Origin: an uncultured delta proteobacterium
Lineage (GTDB): Bacteria > Desulfobacterota > Binatia > Binatales > Binataceae
Assembly: GCA_963724765.1 (NCBI GenBank)
Contig: CAVRVY010000004.1
Span: 1,568,001 to 1,632,000, forward strand
Length of the DNA: 64,000 nucleotides
Direction of reading: 5' to 3'
This document shows, one piece after another, positions 53,272-62,053 of the stretch (its first letter is position 1; each line of letters begins with the position of its first letter). The notes below the pieces were generated by a model. That model was given only the letters and a program-made list of their open reading frames with translations, made no database searches and had not been told where the DNA came from. A program made the position numbers and the translations under genes.

Positions 53272-53679
53272 ATGGAAGAGCGCGCGCTACTGCTGATTGA
53301 CGAAGAAGAACGAATACTGCGCGTGTGGACGCCTGTCCTCCTGCGCACGATACTCATGGTCGCTGTAACCCTGCTGCTGCTAGCACTAGTACAGACGTTC
53401 CGGCGATCTTATGGTAACTATGCTGAGTCCCTCAGGTGGATCCAACAGACTGCGCCCGAGGCGCAGAAATCGCTCCCCTATCTCGCGGCGGGGGCATGTC
53501 ATGGCAGCCCGACCGCGATCGCCACGCTCGGGTTGATGGTTCTGACACTGGTGCCGCTTGTGCGTGTAGGCTTTTGCCTGCTTCTGTTTCTTAGGCAGCG
53601 GAATCGAGAATTCGTCATTTTTACTTCATATGTGCTGGCCGGACTAGCCATTGGCGTGATATTGGGAAAGATCGGCTAG
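53272..53679 (+). CDS. DUF1634-like membrane protein
   Basis: LLR...., .LGL.VL.L.PL.RV; three TM segments; usual TauE neighbour. Confidence 0.75.
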   Translation: MEERALLLIDEEERILRVWTPVLLRTILMVAVTLLLLALVQTFRRSYGNYAESLRWIQQTAPEAQKSLPYLAAGACHGSPTAIATLGLMVLTLVPLVRVGFCLLLFLRQRNREFVIFTSYVLAGLAIGVILGKIG

Positions 53680-54418
53680 AGCCTAAGTAGGTTTTTTGCC
53701 CGTCAGGATCCTCACTGTGGGCGGACAGAGGACAGAGGCGCTCAACTTGCGCTGCGGTATCGCAATGACCAGAATGGCTGCATCAGATGCCAAGCAAACC
53801 ATTCGAGGATTTTCGCACCTGGGTCAAGAACATCGGGGAAGTCGACTTTCGCAACGCCAGCCGTCATTTCGGCGTGATTCGCTGCAATCGCCGCGACGCC
53901 GTGCTTCGCGTCGAGATCTGCCCAACAGCGCGCTTATCATCCGTGGATCCGGAACGCGTCTGATAGGAAGACGCCGGCGTCTATAGAACCTAACGTTCCC
54001 GGTTCAACCTGATCCGATAAACGGCGCCCGTTGCTATCATCGCAACGTTCGCATTGAGAAGCCCGCGCAGGATTACTCCGGCGACATAGTGGCCGATACA
54101 CGCAAAACGCACTCATCCTTCATTCGCTGGCTTGAAATGGCGCCAGGCACCGGTCCTGATAGGCTGCGCCATCCTCTGTGATCGCGCGTTTACACCGACG
54201 CCGCCCTTTACGTCCGGCGCTGGCGCGTCGTATTTCGAACCACCATTGCCGACAATGTCTGCCGCGGCATCGGCCCGGCCAGGCCGAGAACTCACGCTTG
54301 GTCTTGAAGCGGAGGCCTTTTGTCGATGGGTAACCGACCTCGAGTTGTACAGTTTTGGCAGCCGACAAGGGCAAATGAGAAAACTCATGCTCCGCCGCCG
54401 CGGCGGCCCCAATCTCCA

Positions 54419-55213
54419 TCAGACGATGTCTTCAAGTTCTTTCCCTTTCATCTCTGGGACGAGAAGTAGCACGATCGGTATACAGACGAAAGTGACGGCG
54501 GCGACGATCGCTACCGCCTGTCCGACCGATCCCAACAGCGCGGAGAGCCCCCCGACGATCGCGGGCGCCAGCGCCATGCCCGCGCGGCCGAGCAGATTGT
54601 TGACGACCGCGTTCCCAACACCTCGCACGTGAGTAGGAAACATCTCGCTGGTGATCGTGGCCGCGATCGGCCATAGGGCGTGCATCCCCAGAACCACAAT
54701 ATAGGCGATAGCGATCATCGGCCTAGATTCGGCGAGGAAGCAGACAATGGCGCTGACACCGCCCACGGCAAAAAACAGACAAGCGGTGAAACGGCGGCCT
54801 GCATAGTCCATCGCCGGCCCCGCCGTCGCATAGCCGATCACTGCAAGGATATAGCCTACGGTTAGTGTATGTCCGACCTGCGCGGGTGACCATCCTCGTT
54901 CATTTGTCGCGTAGTAGGCAAAGAAGAAGAGGCAACTCGCGCTCCAAGCGTTAACGGCAAACCAGATACAGGCGCCGGCGATAGCCCGCCGACGATATGC
55001 CGGCTCCAACACGACGCCTAAAGCCTTTAGGCCTGAAAGCAATGAGGAGACCGGCCGCGTGCGATTGCCGTGTTCGCGTCCCCAGCGCTGTGTTTCCTGA
55101 AGCCGGGACCAATAGAAAAGAAGGACCGGGATGAGAATGCCACCGACTAGGTAGAGCGCGCGCCAGCTGAGGCGGGTATCAACCACATGCGGAAAGATCG
55201 CTGACCTGACCAC
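54419..55213 (-). CDS. MFS transporter, C-terminal part (frameshift at a G10 tract)
   Basis: SWR.LY..G, D..GRR, SE.FPT.VRG, PEMKGKELE. Confidence 0.82.
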   Translation of the reverse strand: MVRSAIFPHVVDTRLSWRALYLVGGILIPVLLFYWSRLQETQRWGREHGNRTRPVSSLLSGLKALGVVLEPAYRRRAIAGACIWFAVNAWSASCLFFFAYYATNERGWSPAQVGHTLTVGYILAVIGYATAGPAMDYAGRRFTACLFFAVGGVSAIVCFLAESRPMIAIAYIVVLGMHALWPIAATITSEMFPTHVRGVGNAVVNNLLGRAGMALAPAIVGGLSALLGSVGQAVAIVAAVTFVCIPIVLLLVPEMKGKELEDIV

Positions 55214-55680
55214 CCCCCCCCCAGCAGGCTGGCCGCGAACATCACGGTTATGGCCGCGCCTCGAAAGCGTGCTGGCATTTCCTCGGTCAGGATGATTGCA
55301 CCAACGCCGATCTCACTAACCATGAAGAGCCGGGCGACGAACTGACAGGCGACGAAGGCGTACAGGCCCACAGAGAGAGCACTCAAGACCGTAAAAATCG
55401 TATAGCCAGTGACGGCGCTAAGAAAGACTGGACGCCTTCCGCACCGGTCCGAAAGCTGTACCGGAATGAACGCCACGATCGTCCCGACATTTATCAGCCC
55501 CACGGCGAATCCAAGGGTCTTCGAATCCGCTCCGAAATCAGTTCCGAGATACGGCAGAGCCAGATTAATAATCAGAAGGTCATAGCCCTCGAACAGCGAC
55601 GCCACGCAGATGAAGAGGAGCAAATATTTCAGATAACGAACCGACAGCTCGACCATCTCTCCTTTGCCGGCTATCGACAC
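55147..55680 (-). CDS. MFS transporter, N-terminal part
   Basis: FEGYD, LSDR.GRR, EEMPAR.RG. Confidence 0.82.
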   Translation of the reverse strand: MSIAGKGEMVELSVRYLKYLLLFICVASLFEGYDLLIINLALPYLGTDFGADSKTLGFAVGLINVGTIVAFIPVQLSDRCGRRPVFLSAVTGYTIFTVLSALSVGLYAFVACQFVARLFMVSEIGVGAIILTEEMPARFRGAAITVMFAASLLGGGWSGQRSFRMWLIPASAGARST

Positions 55681-55703
55681 GGATTAACTCGCAAATCGCG
55701 TTC

Positions 55704-56110
55704 CTACTGGTTGACGTTGGGCGCGAAGCGTTGCTCCGCGGAGATCGGCTCTGGAACCTTGGGCAGTTCTTTCGCCGGTTCGGGCGCATGACCGGCGACC
55801 CGAAACGGCACGTGATCGCCGGAATACATCACATGGTGATGCATCGAAGCAATGGTTTGCGGGCTCAGAACCAACGCTGGCGAGATAAACATGATAAACA
55901 TGGTGTGGTCATGCTGTTTGGTCCACTTTTCAGCTGATTCCAGACCATAGTGATGAGGAATATTAATTCCTTCTACATGGTAATGCGATGGAATAATCAC
56001 TTCGGTATCTATCTTATCCATCACAACGTCCGCCCACTTAGGACTGAGTATATAACTGTCGTCGCTTACAGCTAAGATCGCCACGCCGATCTTGCCGATA
56101 ATCTTCCAAC
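55704..56110 (-). pseudogene. C-terminal fragment of a metallo-beta-lactamase-fold hydrolase
   Basis: IG.I.VAIL.V.D, VIIPSHY; no N-terminal HxHxDH present. Confidence 0.5.
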
Positions 56111-56499
56111 GTTGGCGGCGTACACGCTCGACCACGTCTTCAGCGCACCGAGAGCCGTGGCTCCGCCGAGGAGTGATTTGGTCTGCTGAAGAAAATGCTT
56201 GCACTTGATCCGCCGCTAACGTACAAGGAATACGTGGTGGACTGGCGCCCTCTATTCGCGACTGCGGTAGCCTGCGCGTTAGTCGCCTATATGGCGCAGG
56301 ATCGCTCAGATCAGCTCACTCAACATGGCCGAGGTGGTCGCCCGCCTCTGCGCCAGTCCACTATTAAAGCCCTCCGCAGCGGGCCTCGCGCGTCACGAAA
56401 GGTATCCCAAGCCCATTCTTATCGCCGCTCGTGTAACCTCCGGTCATCTTGACGTCGTGCTTCTCACCAAAACGCGAGGCGAGCAGGACGCGGTTGCTG

Positions 56500-57984
56500 T
56501 TACTGATTCGTCTTGGATTTCATGAGTTTATTAACCGCGTGTTCGACTACAGTGCCGTCGAAGAAGTTTGGGTTCATGTCGGTCCACAGGTGCGTCGGAT
56601 TAACGAACACAAACTCGCGAAAATCTTCTTCGCTAATTAGGCCATGCTCGACCATTTCGTGTGCTTCTTCGGTTACCTCGGTAATATCGGGGACGTCCCA
56701 GTGGCCGATATCCGAGCTGAACACTGGCTTTAGCTTCGAATGCAGTGGGTTGCGTTTGGCGTCGAATGCCCAGGCGTTGGTTGGGTCGTCAGCCTCGCAA
56801 CCGAAGTAGAATGGCTTCACGAACAACTCGCGGAAGTCCTCCAAGCTCTCGATCTTCGCCGGTGCCCACTCGTCGCGCAGCGTCGAGGAATCTTCGAGGT
56901 TCCGGTAGAGTATCGAATTCTCCATCAAGCTTGCGATTATGGTGTCTTTGCCCAGCTTGTTGCCGCCGTACTTCCTGAACAGATCGACATAGAGTGCGCG
57001 GTCGAGATTCGCTGGGTTATACGTCTCGATCCGCTTGCCGTTGCGCTTTTCCCAATGCCCGATCAGATCAGCGTATAGACTGCATCCCCAGGACACTCCG
57101 CCTTCGAGGAATGCGAACTTTAGCGTCGGGAACCGCCGCGTGACACCGCCCATGAAGAGCGCCTTTGCCAGTCCCTCTCCAGCCTGCGCGAAGTGCCCGA
57201 TGTGGTCGTACATGTAGTTCGTCACCGTGGCCCGCGTGCCGACACCCATCGTCCCTGAATGGTGGGTTGGACACACTTTGAGTTCGACGCACTTCGCCCA
57301 CACAGGGTCGTAGTCATAGAGGCTGTCGATGACGAAATTATCGATCCAGGTCGCGTAGCGCGCCGCTTCGGGGAACTTTTCCGCCACGATCGGGATCGGA
57401 CGCCGCGCATGGCTCGCCATCATGATCGACTTCATCCCGAGCCCTTTGATCGCGTACTCCAGTTCGGCAATCGCCTCCTGCGGAGTATTCATCGGGATAA
57501 CGGCAGACGGCGTCAGCCGGTCGGAGTATTCCTTGAAAATATCGTAGTTGTACCTGTTTAGCGCTCGGCAGCAGACTTGCCTGAGTTCATCATTCGGAAT
57601 ATTCGGGAAGGCCAACCCGAGGGTGGTGTAGAGTACGGCAAAGTCGATACCGGTTTCCGGCAAGCGCTCGTATAGCAACTTTGGCAGGCTCGCGGTCGCT
57701 CGATCCAACGTATTCTTCGCCGGAAGTCCCCACCATGGCCGCCGCGTAACCCGACCATACATTCGGTCTTCCGGACTCAGGTGGTACCAGCCATCGCCCC
57801 GAACATCCACAAAGGCCCCGAAAATATCGGTGCGTCTGTAGCGATCAACCATTCCGGAGCCGCCAACATCCTTGAGGTACTCCAGGAACGCCGATTCACA
57901 TTCAACCGTATGTCCATCGGAGTCGATGACAGGGTGCGTCAGCTTCTCCCGTACCTTCTGCGACTTCGTTTTGGCTTTCTCCAT
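56500..57984 (-). CDS. amidohydrolase-family protein, copy B
   Basis: Same motifs as copy A; near-identical sequence. Confidence 0.9.
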   Translation of the reverse strand: MEKAKTKSQKVREKLTHPVIDSDGHTVECESAFLEYLKDVGGSGMVDRYRRTDIFGAFVDVRGDGWYHLSPEDRMYGRVTRRPWWGLPAKNTLDRATASLPKLLYERLPETGIDFAVLYTTLGLAFPNIPNDELRQVCCRALNRYNYDIFKEYSDRLTPSAVIPMNTPQEAIAELEYAIKGLGMKSIMMASHARRPIPIVAEKFPEAARYATWIDNFVIDSLYDYDPVWAKCVELKVCPTHHSGTMGVGTRATVTNYMYDHIGHFAQAGEGLAKALFMGGVTRRFPTLKFAFLEGGVSWGCSLYADLIGHWEKRNGKRIETYNPANLDRALYVDLFRKYGGNKLGKDTIIASLMENSILYRNLEDSSTLRDEWAPAKIESLEDFRELFVKPFYFGCEADDPTNAWAFDAKRNPLHSKLKPVFSSDIGHWDVPDITEVTEEAHEMVEHGLISEEDFREFVFVNPTHLWTDMNPNFFDGTVVEHAVNKLMKSKTNQ

Positions 57985-58070
57985 GACAATTACCCGTCTC
58001 TTCTGCTTGCTGGTTCTCTGTTGCTCGAACTGTTTTAATTGCGGCTCTATTTCGCCTAATTGAAATGCGC
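56521..58070 (-). repeat. long inverted repeat arm B
   Basis: Reverse complement of about 48930-50478. Confidence 0.9.
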
Positions 58071-58071
58071 C

Positions 58072-59223
58072 TCATGCGCGCAGTCCCATATTTTTGAGCC
58101 GCGGGATAACCTTCGCTCGGAAAAACTCAATTCCGCGAAATGGATCGAAGAAAGTAATCAAGACACCTTCATAACCTAGTTCATAGAGTGCCTGAATAGT
58201 CTCCGCCTGCGTATCTGGATCCCCGATGCTCCAATAGCCGCTCAAGCCAAGAGCAATGTGGCGGAATTGTTCGTGCTGAAAGGACGTCTCTGGCTGCTGC
58301 GTCGCCCGGCCGAGGAAGCGCGATGCAGCCTCTTGATCTATTTGACTGTCGATCCAACTAAAGCGTGCCTGAGCCTCGGCATCTGTATCCCCTACAATGT
58401 TATAGGTGAAAGTCAGCAGACGCAGACGACGGCCATAGTGAGCTGCTCTCTCTCTAGCCTTACGGGCGATCTCTGCCAACGCCTGCAAGTCCGGGCCACT
58501 ACAGAACAGCCACTCGCAGTGTTTTGCCGCGAAATCTATGCCCGCCTCCGAATGCCCCGCGTTCACAAGGACTGGTCGTGGACGCCGCACGGGCTTTACT
58601 TTTACCAGGCCTCCTAGTGACCGATAGTACTTTCCAAAAAAATCCACTGGCTTCTCACTAGCCCAAAGCCATTTCATAAGAGTCACAAATTCGTCCGCCA
58701 TCGCATAGCGCTCATCATGGGGTACCCATTGTAGAGAGCCAGTGAACATAGCGTATTCTTCGGCGAACCAACCAGTGACTACATTCAGTCCCCAACGACC
58801 ATTCGAAAGATAATCTATCTGAGCTCCAAAGCGGGCAAAGTGCAAAGGATGAAAAGCATAGGTAACATGAGCGGTGGAAAACAATAAAATATTTGTGGTG
58901 AGCTGAGAGAGAGCAGCAGCGCTAGTAATGACGTCCAATTGCTCGTCATTAAATCCGATTTCACCTCCGTGGCCGACATATCGGCCGAATGGCACTTCGA
59001 AATCGAAGCCTGCTCTTTCAGCATTCTGTACGAGCTGTGAAGCCTCAGGCCATTGCCAGTAGTCCCTGTATCGCTTCGGTTCGGTGAGCACGGCCTTAGA
59101 GATCGTGGCTCCGCATGAGACATTCCATGCGAAAAGACCAAGAAGTATTTTGTTGGAGTTCCTGATTTCCGGCTGTCCGCCCGGATCGAATGGTCCCTGG
59201 AAAATATCTACACTAACAGACAT
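58072..59223 (-). CDS. luciferase-like (LLM) flavin monooxygenase, SfnG/RutA-like
   Basis: LGLFAWN...G, AE.AGFDF..P..R..G.GG, ID..SNGR.GLNVVTGW, RP.L.NAG.S..G..FAA. Confidence 0.88.
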   Translation of the reverse strand: MSVSVDIFQGPFDPGGQPEIRNSNKILLGLFAWNVSCGATISKAVLTEPKRYRDYWQWPEASQLVQNAERAGFDFEVPFGRYVGHGGEIGFNDEQLDVITSAAALSQLTTNILLFSTAHVTYAFHPLHFARFGAQIDYLSNGRWGLNVVTGWFAEEYAMFTGSLQWVPHDERYAMADEFVTLMKWLWASEKPVDFFGKYYRSLGGLVKVKPVRRPRPVLVNAGHSEAGIDFAAKHCEWLFCSGPDLQALAEIARKARERAAHYGRRLRLLTFTYNIVGDTDAEAQARFSWIDSQIDQEAASRFLGRATQQPETSFQHEQFRHIALGLSGYWSIGDPDTQAETIQALYELGYEGVLITFFDPFRGIEFFRAKVIPRLKNMGLRA

Positions 59224-59593
59224 TTTTCTCTCCTTCCGCAGAATGCGACAAAGTCGCTTGGAGCTGACAGCGCCGATGTCCGTCGAACAGCGCCGCATCC
59301 ACGCGAGATGGGCGATCGTTCTCCTGAGTCATCCCCTTAGGCACACTGGGCCAATGCTGGGCCTTGCCGGGCCGCAGTGTTACGGGCACGATCGCAATCG
59401 TCTCCGGCATTTGCCTACGGCTCACTCATCGGTTTCACGAGGCATGTCAGGTCAATTGCGCTCTCTACCTATGAATGACGGAAATAGGAGAGCAGGCCAT
59501 CAGGACTCTGCAGTTCCACTCTGTCACGCCTAGGCGACACATTACCTAAATTAAACGTTGCTGAGCGTCTGTCTTCGCTGGCGGCTTTGGTTT

Positions 59594-60166
59594 CTAGCGG
59601 CGGCGCGCCGCTAGCGGTTCAGGTCCGAGTCCAGCCCCAGCTATCGTCCGAAGCCGCAGGACTGTCGTAACCAAAGCGGTGAGATCGTCGCGAGCCTGTC
59701 CCGAGACTTCACCGCTCTCGAAGTCAGTTGAAGACAGATACACGCTGGTTGGTGCAACAAGTGCCCCGAACCAGGCAAGAACGTTACGCAGATGCCAATC
59801 CACTCCGAGATAATGGTGATACGTAGCGCCCATGGCGATTATACCGCAGGGTTTATAGCGTAATGCTTCGACAGGAACGTTGTCGAGCAGGTTTTTGAGT
59901 ACTCCGGAAAATGAACCGCGGTACACGGGGCTCGCAAAAATGACGGCTTCAGCGTGCGCGATTCTGCCCACGACTGTGGCTGTGTCATCGCCGAATTGTT
60001 CGGGCGCTCGACCGTCAGCAAAGGAAATTCTAAAGTCGCCCAAGTTCAAAGCGGAAGCCTCGAGGTCTGGTTCCAAGTTCCGCGCCGCGCTGATCGCAAA
60101 CTGTAGAGCCTTTAGCGATCGTCCCGGCGGAGTCACGCTTCCGAGTATCCCGATGATGTTTCTCAT
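59594..60166 (-). CDS. NAD(P)H-dependent FMN reductase (SsuE/MsuE-like)
   Basis: I.GS, ASPVYRGSFSG.LKNLLD, GAT.HH.L.VD..LR. Confidence 0.9.
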   Translation of the reverse strand: MRNIIGILGSVTPPGRSLKALQFAISAARNLEPDLEASALNLGDFRISFADGRAPEQFGDDTATVVGRIAHAEAVIFASPVYRGSFSGVLKNLLDNVPVEALRYKPCGIIAMGATYHHYLGVDWHLRNVLAWFGALVAPTSVYLSSTDFESGEVSGQARDDLTALVTTVLRLRTIAGAGLGPEPLAARRR

Positions 60167-60345
60167 GTAAAAAGCCCTCTTTAGACCGAGCGTCAAATTT
60201 TTTCCTGGCCTGGACACTCATCATCTACGTAAGCCCATCGGTCGCAAGATCGGCAGAACCTCTTCACGCGTTACCTTCAGACCTTCTCCAGCCGGCTCGC
60301 AAACGGCGCATAGACGAGCGCCCATCCGGGCTAGGGTTTGAGCGC

Positions 60346-60783
60346 TCATACATCACTGTCCTTATCTACCCTTTTGCTAACAAGGGCCAAACGATCCCGT
60401 GGTATCGCTCGACCTTTTCCAGGCACTACAGGCCATCTACGAAGCTGCGCTCGATTCGCTGGTCTAGTTCCGGCTTCAATCGCGAAAGGCCGTATTGCCC
60501 ACGATAGATTGCGCTGTATCTTTGCGGTCTTCCTAACAATCAAAAAGCTAGTACCGTTCGGCGGATTCTGACCAATCGGCCAGATGAGAACCCCCCCGTT
60601 CGGATAGCCACCACAAATCTCCGGCGTACCATCGATTGAGTAGCCGGTACCGAGGACGGCCTTGATACCGTCGCTACGAACGATCAGCAGGTCCGCCGGG
60701 TCCGTGAAGTGAAAAGGGATCGGCCATTCCCGCGTCAAACCATCGGATGTATAGCTCAGGCATACCTGTGTTTCGTTCACCAT
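60346..60783 (-). CDS. protein resembling a phage tail-fibre N-terminal anchor domain
   Basis: YTSDG.T..WP.PF.F.D..DL.., LGT.YSI.G, GG.L, PP.G....IVR. Confidence 0.5.
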   Translation of the reverse strand: MVNETQVCLSYTSDGLTREWPIPFHFTDPADLLIVRSDGIKAVLGTGYSIDGTPEICGGYPNGGVLIWPIGQNPPNGTSFLIVRKTAKIQRNLSWAIRPFAIEAGTRPANRAQLRRWPVVPGKGRAIPRDRLALVSKRVDKDSDV

Positions 60784-60974
60784 AGAGACACTCCTGGGCT
60801 TGACTCCTATGCTCACGCCGGGACGCGCCTGCTGAAGCTCCGTGATTTACGCGGTCGGGATCGTGGAACATCCTGCGTTGGCTCAGCGTGCGTGGCTCGG
60901 CGATGGTCGGCCTCTCGCTGGTCACAAAGCTCTGTTGACTCCGATAAAGCTTCAAGCTCTCACATTTATAATAT

Positions 60975-61017
60975 CATTTTAAGACAAAATTATCACGAAA
61001 TCAAGAATTATGATTGC
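60975..61017 (-). promoter_or_regulatory. shared motif, copy 5, with sigma70 promoter
   Basis: GAAATCAAGAATTATGATTGC (60997-61017); TTGATT-17 bp-TAAAAT on -. Confidence 0.65.
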
Positions 61018-61070
61018 AAAAAAGCATCGAGCGAAAACTTCCATGATCTGCGGGTTCACGGTGCTCTGCG

Positions 61071-61135
61071 TGTTCCCCGTCAGCACAAGTTGGACAGTTC
61101 GAGGCGAACTGTCCAACTTGTGCTGACGGGGAACA
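61071..61135. repeat. 65-bp perfect palindrome (31-bp arms, 3-nt spacer), MITE-like
   Basis: TGTTCCCCGTCAGCACAAGTTGGACAGTTCG-AGG-exact reverse complement. Confidence 0.85.
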
Positions 61136-61137
61136 GC

Positions 61138-61430
61138 TTGTTCGATGAGATCACCACCAGAAAGGCGAGCTCTCTTGCTGAGATCGCTGCACGCGAGGGG
61201 CTCGCCGTGCGCTATGTGGGTCGCTTGATCCGCTTGGCTTTCCTGGCGCCGGATATCGTGGAGGCCATTGTGGAGGGTCGGCAGCCGGCCGACCTTACTG
61301 CAGAAACAGTCACCCGGCGCATCGAGCTGCCGCTCGAACGGCACTCGCAGAGGGCCGCTCTGAACATTCAGTAACCCAGGCATCGGCACCGAATTCCTCG
61401 CCCACAGAGAGAAAATCGAAGTTACGCGGC
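61138..61430 (+). pseudogene. C-terminal fragment of a serine recombinase plus element end, paralogous to 15250-15700
   Basis: AAREGLAVRYVGRLIRLAFLAPDIVE.IVEGRQP; 61378-61430 is an inverted copy of about 15250-15300. Confidence 0.8.
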
Positions 61431-61475
61431 ATGTCTCTGGCCTGCCCGATCTTTTGTACCAGTCGAAGTGTTAGT

Positions 61476-62050
61476 CTAGGTCGCTGCATTTGCCAATGAA
61501 GTGGGTTCACGACTTTCCACCGTCGCCGGTGCCGGCGGACGGTGGCCGAGCGCGGAGTGCGGTCGCCGCGTGTTGTAGTGCACCCGCCATCTCTCGGTCA
61601 GTACCTGCGCCTCTCTCAGTGAGTAGAAGATCTCCCCGTCGAGCAGCTCGTCTCTGAGTTCGCTGTTGAATGACTCGCAGTAGCCATTCTCCCAGGGACT
61701 GCCCGGCGATGTACAGCGGCCTGGTGCCCAGTCCACCCAACCATTTGCGCAACGCCCGGGCGATGAACTCGGGGCCGTTGTCCGAGCGAATGTGCGCGGG
61801 CACACCGCGCCAGAGCATCGCATCGGCCAGTGTGTCAATAACGTCGAGCGAGTTGAGCCGGCGCCCGACCCTGATTGCCAGACTCTCGCGGGTGTATTCG
61901 TCGATCAGGGTCAGCATTCTAAGTGCCCGTCCGTCGTGGGTCACCGCACTCACGAAGTCATAGCTCCAGATGTGATTGGGCCGCTCCGGCCGCAGCCGCA
62001 CGCACGAACCGTCGTTGAGCCACAACCTTCCCCGCGGCTTCTGTTTCGCT
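61476..62050 (-). pseudogene. truncated, frameshifted IS3-family transposase (OrfB)
   Basis: RPNHIWSYDF, IDEYTRE, IRSDNGPEF, PGSPWENGYCESFN, YN..RPHSALG. Confidence 0.85.
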
Positions 62051-62053
62051 GGC

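Noticed and set aside
49015-57984. Diversity-generating retroelement as the cause of the variable amidohydrolase copies
   Set aside because: Differences are not adenine-specific and include synonymous changes; no reverse transcriptase is present in the window.
60709-61374. 221-aa ORF as an intact gene
   Set aside because: It reads through a promoter region and the palindrome; only the last ~78 codons are a recombinase fragment.
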